Below are positions 38,151-46,532 of a DNA stretch of 46,532 nt, piece after piece. The notes under the pieces are model-generated. The model was not told the DNA's origin. It worked only from the letters and a program-made list of their open reading frames with translations, and did no database searches. The position numbers and the translations under genes are program-made. Each line of letters begins with the position of its first letter. Position 1 is the stretch's first letter. The stretch is from Catajapyx aquilonaris (taxonomy: Eukaryota). The stretch is taken from NCBI GenBank assembly GCA_000934665.2, contig JYFJ02006199.1, positions 1 through 46,532 of the forward strand. Direction: 5' to 3'.

Positions 38151-39490
38151 CAACCATTACAACGTGAATCTGCCATACATTGGCTACGACGTGTGGTCTT
38201 TAAGGACCCCAAAGAGTTTCATTTCTATTCTTTTTTTTTGACTTAATAGCACTAAAGCCATTCTTCCCCGCTAAATTCAACCTGTCTTCTCATCTGTATG
38301 TGTAAAAAAAATCGATCTCCTGTGACCATTAGTTGAGTCATAAGGGACTCGAGACTGTTAGACTTCGTAGCCTTCCAGCTCGATGCCGTAAGCAATGGCT
38401 TATAACGTAAACCCCCCTGACATGATCAGATCTATGCCCTTTGGACACTATCGGTGGATATGTCATCTAATCACTTGAGGTATCACTTGAGAGTTTTCGA
38501 CACATGTACCACATCTGCAACTCATGATTCCAGTTTTTGGAGGGCTTAGAGCAACAAGTGTATAAGTGCCCTGTGAAAAAAGTTGCAAGATAGAACCTTT
38601 TCGATTACCACTGATCGTTTATATTTTTATTACTGTCATATGCATACTTTATCAAATACAATTTGCTGTGATGTGCTGTAATGTGTTCTCTAAAAAATTA
38701 TGTACATTGGCTACGACGTCGGATATATCTGGACCCCAGGGACACCTAGCAGCATAAAAGTACCGCTAACTCAGCAAATTCTTTTTCTACTGATGTCAAA
38801 GTTTTCCATTGGATAGAAGAAAATATGTCTGAGGAATACAGGGTGTTTCAGAGTCATGGGTCAAGCGCGCGTGAGGGGGTGGGGAAAACTCGTAGGTGGC
38901 GACAACCCCGGTCGGTTTTATAAAACAATTAGAAATAAGGCAGCAATCAATTTATTCATTACGGCCGTACGGTGTGACGGCGCGGACTGGCTAGTGCAGC
39001 ATGGGTTGAACGGCATTTTAGCCTTGCGGGTTGCACTGAAAAAGGCGCTCTCATGCTATACCAGTAGGGTACCGTACAAAGTAGTGTACTACTGTACAGT
39101 AGTGTGTACCGTACCCTGCCGGTATAGCAGGAGATCGCCTTTTTCAGTGCAACCCTCAAGGCTAAAAAGCCGTTCAACCAGGTTCAACCCATGCTGCACT
39201 AGCCAGTCCGCGCCAGTCAATTCGAACAGAAAGGATGTCGAAGGATGCGATGTCATGCCGTACGGCCGTAATGAATAAATTGATTACTGCCGTATTTCTT
39301 ATTGTTTTATAAAACCGACCCTGACAGTCGCCACCTACAATTTTTCCCCACCTCCTCGCGCGCGCTTGACCCATGACTCTGAAACACCTTGTATAGGCCT
39401 ACCATTTTCCATTTCACACAAAATTTATTAATCTCGATGGTATTAACTACATTGTGGGGTCCAAAAAGACCCCACGTTCGTGGTTAAGGG
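38150..39490. mobile_element. piggyBac-type MITE (22050 family) carrying Tc1-type palindromic MITE copy 2 (38839-39391)
   Basis: Homology to 22050-22789; the empty site gaggaata-caggcct at ~22685 matches the filled site here. Confidence 0.85.
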
Positions 39491-42400
39491 TTAAACACTG
39501 GTCATTCCAAACATTCAGCGGACATTTGTGTGTTACCGCGGTGTCCTGCAGTTTTCTGGATATTTCAGTCCATGGTCCGTGCACTGGAAGTCAGTCAGAT
39601 GTCTGCATACCTGGAGTAACCTATCTGTTTTTCCCTACCCCACACTCCGCGACTGGATTCACTTACCCTGCTCTTCAACCTGTATAAAAATGAACCTTTT
39701 ACCCAGGTAACTTACCAGTTTCCTTTGATACGACTACATTGCACAGGCCAAGCTTACCCCAGGCCTTCGTCTGCACTACAACAAGAAATGCCTTGGGCAC
39801 AACCTACGACTAAGCTTGAGTAGTACGCAAAGACAAAGAACGAAAGCAGCAGCCACAAGCAGCCTGCTCTGCTGACGAGATAAGCTCAGGTGACAGGCGT
39901 CGAGGCAGGCGTCCAGGCATGAGTCTCTCTGATGCCTTGTTGTCAAGTTTCCCTCCTACCGTATTTAAATTTTTTGCCACCCATACTTCTGCAACATGTG
40001 GTTGTAAGAAAGCATGCATGCTTTTCCTTTACATAATTTGATCAAAAAGGCAAATGTAGGGATATATTTGACAAAGAAAAAGGTTACAACTGATAATCAT
40101 ACACCAAAATACACCAAAGATTTCTGATCCCCAGCCTAGATGATTTCTCCTGTCCGGAGGCCATCTTTGTTAAGGTCAAGATTTTTCGCGCCCGTTCGTG
40201 TCACGGAAGCTTCACATGTTTTGAACTGTGGAAAAAGTGTGTTCTAATCACGGTTCTCCGGAAGATTCTGCAGAACGCGGGTTAGAACACTTAATGACGA
40301 ACACCCCTGACTAAATTTGCAGGAAAGGCAGGTACCTGGTATGGCCATATGTACCGGTATTGTCGTACATGTCATGCGACTAGCCTATAATTAGTAAATT
40401 GTATATTCTAAGACCATGCGACTGGCATTAATTACAGCACATGAAGCAAGATGGATGACGACACTATACATGACATATTGCTGAAGAACCTGCCTGGATT
40501 GGTCGTAGTCATAGAGCTATGTCGTGGAGAGCGGTTTGCTGAAGAATCCGCAGGAGTTGTATGGCCACCTAGGTGGAGATTACAGGGTGACTGGTGAGAT
40601 GGATCAGGGCCACTCAAGAATGGGTGGCACAGAAGAACACAGCAATGCAGGAGTATCCCCAGGATTCCAAACAGTACAGATGCGACTTTGCAGGCTTTAG
40701 CTGGCACGCATTTCCTGCCCATAATCGTGGCTACGGTGCAGGAATAAGTGTTGGAGGAACGTCCGCCACTCCTGCATGAGGTATGACGAGGGTACCATAT
40801 GCTAATAAATTAAAGAAAATGAATAGGAATTTATATTTGCAGGTGCTGCAAAGGGATAATTCAGTCATTTGCATCGAGTTGTCTTGGATGCCCCGTGATG
40901 TTGAAATGGATGACGTGAGCAATTTGTTTGCTACTGAAGCCCTGAAGGGCTTCCGTAGTTTGCGGCTAAACTGAACCTGTCTGAAAATCAACAGCCAGTG
41001 ATTGATGTTAATTCTCAAGGAGCAAATGGGTAAGTGCGGTGCAGCATTCAAGTGCACTACTGCTTCACTCCCGATTATCCGGGCTAATGTCTGCACTGTT
41101 GTCACCGGATAATCGTAAGACTCGGATAATTGGAAGATAGCATAAAAATGAGCTATTCACTGGTTCTAAATGAATGACTGTACATACTGTATTCCACTTT
41201 AAATCAGATTTAATAAAAATTATTTAAATGTCCATAGATTTTTAGTTTGTCTTCTGGAAAAAATATGTTGCATTCCTTTGTTTGTGATTTTTTTGGACTT
41301 CTCTTTGTTTTAGCCATGCACGGATAATCGCAGAACCTCGAATAACCCACACCAGGATAATCTGGAGTACAGTGTATTTCGTAACAGTTGCACTGACCTT
41401 ATGCATGGTAGTTGAAATATACATAAAGCAAAGTATTGAAGAGCATTGGAGAAGATGTTATATGCCGATTTCATGTGGCCTGACCAGTCACCAGAGGGTT
41501 CATTGTTTGTATCAGTCAGAGGAGATGGACAGATGCATGTGTCTGGTTATAGCTGGCCACCCCTTAGTGGGATCAAGGCTGTGATGAATTGTATGTATGT
41601 CGCAATTTTTTTTTTGAATAATTGAATGGCCACAACAACAATTTTCTTTTTGTCCCTCAAGCAATTTCGGAAATTTTAAAAATATTTTTTAGTCCGTTTT
41701 GTAATTGGACTGAGGACATGGGAACATCAGTCTGCATTCAAAAATTATTGACTAAGGTGCAGATTTAAATATTGTGAGAAATGACACAACTCAATTTGAC
41801 TCGTTAATATTGTTCCCATTTCCATGCTGTTCATGTACATACCGCAGTCACAGACTCGAAAACTAATTTCGTGCTTTCAGATCTGGAATGTGCCAGGGTG
41901 TGACACCATCTGCCACCTATGATGACCCTATTATTCTATCATCCGATGATGAGTCGGAAGTAACCTCTCCACAGCCAGACATTATTCCCTCAGTGAGCGT
42001 ACCAACTGTATAACCCCTCCGCAGCAGCCAGAGAGTGTTCCCTCGGTGAACATACTAACTGTAACCCCTCTGCAGTGAGTAAGTCGTCCCTCAGCAACCA
42101 AGAAAAGGAAAAGGAGAACAGTACGTTCCTAGGATTTTTACATGATGCAATTTTCTCACCCGACTACTTGAGTTGCCACATGTACGTGAGACATGCTAGT
42201 TGACAATGATGGCACAACTGCTGCAGAGAAATATGTAACATGTAACAGAAGGTTGATCCAATTTCTAATTTTAGAAACCAACAGAGCCTCCTGAGACTCC
42301 TGAGATAATTGAGACTCCCGAAATATAATTATGTCGTAGCCCCATAGCGAAATTGGGCACTTCATGAAATGTCTACTGAAATTGGACACATGCTGTAGTG

Positions 42401-43239
42401 CAATCTCCCGTGAAGAATTACAGCATGTGCCCAGAAATTTTGGACTGTTCGCGAAGTGTCAGCAATGGGTTGGACTGATTCCGTAATTCAGAATCTACCC
42501 AGTGTACACATGAGCAGCTGAGCAAAACCAGAAGGTGTGGAGGGCATCAGGAGATGCAGAGTGCAGGCCATACCTGCCCATGACCTGGACGAAATGTGAG
42601 GAGGGAATGTCTGGAAGTCCAGGAGTTGGTCCTGACTCTTGAGCCAAGGGTAGTCCAGGTGACTGTACGGAAAGGTTGTCATCTGTACTGTGATTGCATC
42701 AGGAGTCTGCATAATTATGATGACTTTGTAGTGCTTCACGATGAGTCGTAAGGGACACCACAAAATAACCCAGGAAAACACACCGGGGGAAAGGGTAAAA
42801 CCACCACTGTGGACTCGATTCAGTAGCCTACACATCTGTCCTGGAGGACAATAGAACGAGAACTCTCTTTACATTCCAATCAACAACCTCATCGAGGGCA
42901 ACAGACAACAGCCTGGTTGCCAGGACACTACAGATGACCCAATTGGTCATGAGTATGCTGAAGAAAGAAGATTTGCAGCAGTTCTTTGAATTGTGTCAGA
43001 CATTATGTAATTAATTAAAATAATTTTGCCATGTCAGAGAGGAAATTGTCCAGAGAACCAATTCCATGTGCATTACTTGCTTTATCTACAGTGTAGCTAT
43101 ATAGACTTCCTGAAACAAACATATTCATTATATGGCTAAAAGATAATATAATTTATGCTGCCGTAACAGTTAAAGGAATGGTTCAATCATTTGACCACAA
43201 AAGGAGAAATATTGTTTCTTGGATGTCTGTTGATTGACA

Positions 43240-43840
43240 AATGGGTAGTCCATGTCCTCTTTTTGGAAAATAATAGCCCCCAAAAAGATGTTTGAGGCAT
43301 TCATGGTAAGATAAAATTTGTATAATCGGGATCAACTAATACTGGGGCTTCAGTAATTGGCCTTTTTTGAGGAAGTGGAATGCTTCTTCACATTCCTGAT
43401 CCCACCTGAAAACTGCGTGTATTAGGTCAAGTCATGTTTTTGTGGCAAAGGATGCAATATAACTACCATAAAAATCCACTGAAATCAAGAATGACTTTGG
43501 CCTCGCTAGCGTTCCGTGGATGTGAGGATTCCCTGATGATGTAGACATTCTCATCTCTGGATGCGACACCTTTGGGAGAGATAATATGGCGTAGATATTT
43601 GATATTGTGCTGAGTAAATCGAGATTTGAAGAGTTTTGCCTACAATTTGCAGAAGACCTTTCCCCTCCCTTCATCAAAAGACATTTGGATAAACATTTAC
43701 AAATTGTTGCCCTCTTCATATAGCATGCCAAAACTTTTTGGTTTCAGTACCATTGCAACCTGATTCCAGTCTGCTACAACCGAGAATCTGTTGTACCCAG
43801 AGTCAACTGCATAAAAAATTGTAACCTTGCAAATTTCAAG
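43240..43840 (-). mobile_element. Ty3/Gypsy pol (RT-RNase H) pseudogene fragment
   Basis: Frame-broken YLRHIISPKG, FRWDQECEEAF..LK, ITEAPVLVDPDY, NASNIFLGAII motifs. Confidence 0.75.
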
Positions 43841-43919
43841 ATGGGATATTCACAATACCAGAATTGTTAGGACAAAATAAGTTTGTGTAAATTTTACATC
43901 TAATTTATTAGAAACAACA

Positions 43920-44120
43920 ACATCATCACGACATTTCCCTATGAGGGGTAGTCAGCGATGAAGGGAGATGCAAGTTAACCCAACATATGAACTAAATTAA
44001 AACTTGTGAAAATAAAACTATAAACTACCCGTCCCACACCCCACCCCTGCCCATTTCAGATGACAGACACTGAATATTAAATTTAAACATTACACTATGC
44101 AATACGTTACTTTGCCAAAT
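43920..44120 (-). mobile_element. RTE LINE 3' UTR fragment
   Basis: Homologous to 2265-2470 (gacatttccctat.aggggtagtcagcgatga...). Confidence 0.75.
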
Positions 44121-46532
44121 CAAGCCCCCTCGCCCCCAGCCACTACTCCGGACGCCCTGGCCACGCCGACGTGTAACAACTTGCAGTAATTATTATGGTA
44201 GTTCGTTCACAGCAAAACAATCCTAAAACACACCCTGCCTCTGAAGCTGCCTTTCCTACAAAGTTGCCTTCCCAATAAGCTAATGGCACTGGTCTGGTGT
44301 GAGTTTGGGGGGGGGGGTATTATTTAGCATGTATTGGCTATGTGTTATTGTGATTTATCAATTGGAAGTATGATGCGGGGACGGTAGGGGACTCAAGGGC
44401 GGGGTGAGCAATAGGGGTGAAGCCCTCTGGCTGTACTGCAATGCCAGGGCCAACCTTTCTAAGACTGCTACAGTGCCCTGTCAGTCTCGTCTGGGCATAC
44501 GTATATCACTGGACGATAGCCAGGCAGACCAGCTGTATCAGCTGGTTTCAGATACCCATTGAGCAGCATGATAATTAAACTCCCCATCATTTGGTACCAA
44601 TAAGAGCTCCCTGTGGCATTTTGACTGCCCCCTGAACCCCTCCTCCCCCTCCTGATTTCACGATGAACCTCCCCTTAGGCATCATTTCAGCTCTAATGAA
44701 GCCTTTTCCCTTTGTCAGCTTTTACAAGAAAACATCATGGGACTAAATGCACAAGTATCGACAACTGAAATGATTTTTTTTTTTCTTCCATAGGGGTAAT
44801 TTTAATGTGCTTCAAGATCTACCAACCACGAAATATTTTTCTCTATGAAAATAATTTAGCTACTAGGTGATCATGAGAGGAGAGTAAACTGAGCACAGAA
44901 TGCTTCCTGTGTCAAAGTAATATTTGCATTGTGATTTCATTATATCCTCCCAAGACCCGAAGAATTTTTAACCCAATGTCAGTTCCTATTGCATTTACGG
45001 AACATTTTCCCAATAAGAAACGAGAAAAATACTATACTTTTAAAATATTGACAAAAATAATGACCAACAACCAATGAGAACATTAGGACCCAATTGCTGC
45101 TACAAAAGCAGAATGCATGAAAGCTGAAAATTTAAATACCACTTAATGAATCACTAACATAGTGCTCTATCCTCAAAACAATGTTTCTTTAAAAATTCAT
45201 TTGTGGAATGTAGCAATTCCTCTCAGAAGACAATTAAATATAAATGAGATTATTTTTGAACACCACCACTCCAAGCATGGGGTTCCTTCCCTTCTTACCC
45301 CCTAGCATGGCACCTCGCTATTCTAGATTTTAAAACTGAACTGTATAGTGCAAAGCACACTTCCTTATGGGTGTATATAGGTAAAGGCACTTAAAGAAAC
45401 GTCACAGCTCATTCAGCTTAAAAAAAATTCTTTCGGATGTCCATTTAAATGGGCATTAATATTGGTATCAGGGAGAAAAGAAAATTACCAGTTCTCTACA
45501 GCAACAAAGATTGTCACAAACACATCCTTTCGTATTTCCTAATACACATTCCTTGCGAATCCCAGGACATTCACTGCATTGCGAAAATCGTACTCTAAAT
45601 ATGAGTAAAAAAATATAACTTCTCAGATGAGAGCCTAGCTTTAGCATTGGCAGACTCCATTTTCATAAGTGATTTAATTTCCGCGGCCAAAGTCAGATAT
45701 TCGACACTAGATGGCTATACCTATTGAAGCCAGATTGTAATCATGGGATACCAACAGATTACAGTTCTGTTGGTATCACTAGTTGGCACCAAATTTTTTT
45801 CTGCTGAAGTCGACATATGACGACACTAGGTCTCAGGAGAATATGACCATTTTGTCACTCAGATTCATTGCACTAAATCATTTAATAAGTTTAATAGAAG
45901 CAGAAATGTGAAATGAGACACAAAAGTATTGATCTACTTCAAAAGTGGCAAGCACCGCTAATTTTCCTTGAACGTGATCTACTCACAGATGATACATTTT
46001 CAAAACTGCTGTAGATATTGTAAATGACACAACCATTTTTATTTTGTTACACTTGAGATCTGACATTTCCTCTGTCAAAATACCTCATGTTGGCCATAAA
46101 AATACACCCATGTAAATTTTTTAGGCATAATGCACTTCAGAGTCGCAGCACAAAATTGCCTGCCATGAGACACACAGAAGGAAGCAAAAAAGATGGGGAA
46201 GAGCCAGAGTCAGGAGCTACAACAATTTCTTGGTAAAGCAGGTGACATCTTTGCTACAACATGAATTTATGAGGCATTCCATGTCAAGTGAGCCACCCTT
46301 TGCCATGACCTCATCCAATTTTGACCTAATTCGAGTATGTTGTCCTGCCCATACTTGTGTGTACATAACCAAGTTTGTTTGGCTCTACGACACATGGTTG
46401 CAGAACTACAGAGTGACAAAATTAACGTGCCGATTTTCAAGCATTTTTGCTCTGTTCGCTGGCACTTTGATGGCCATATCTCCTAGTAGGTCAGGTAAAA
46501 TCTCACATATGATAGGTGCATCTGAAATGTAT

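Noticed and set aside
45600..45730. Pipsqueak-type HTH transposase remnant (YNFSDESLALAL..AAKVRYSTL)
   Set aside because: Too short and degenerate to support

Overview
Repeat-rich animal genomic DNA, probably from an insect or other arthropod (inferred from the TE and SINE families). Manual splicing on the minus strand gives two tandem paralogous genes that the ORF track only hints at. Gene A (coding exons 36461-36297, 33319-33200, 30742-30643, 30565-28971; about 659 aa) joins a ZC3H11A-type triple CCCH zinc-finger module to a fourth CCCH, three WWE-like domains and an H-Y-I type PARP catalytic domain, i.e. a PARP12/ZAP/TIPARP-like layout with a different N-terminal RNA-binding module. Gene B (exons 18236-18133, 10989-10251, 5958-5839, 5065-4954, 927-884, probably 458-409, continuing off the left edge) has the same zinc-finger exon structure, diverged fingers and a long Y/P/Q/H-rich plus RG N-terminus. 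Gene B has introns at positions where gene A has a single 1.6-kb exon. The rest of the window is packed with palindromic MITEs (Tc1/mariner, pogo, piggyBac-type, Harbinger, hAT, Kolobok-type), often nested with readable TSDs, plus tRNA-derived SINEs, LINE and Gypsy relics, a ~200-bp tandem array and microsatellites.
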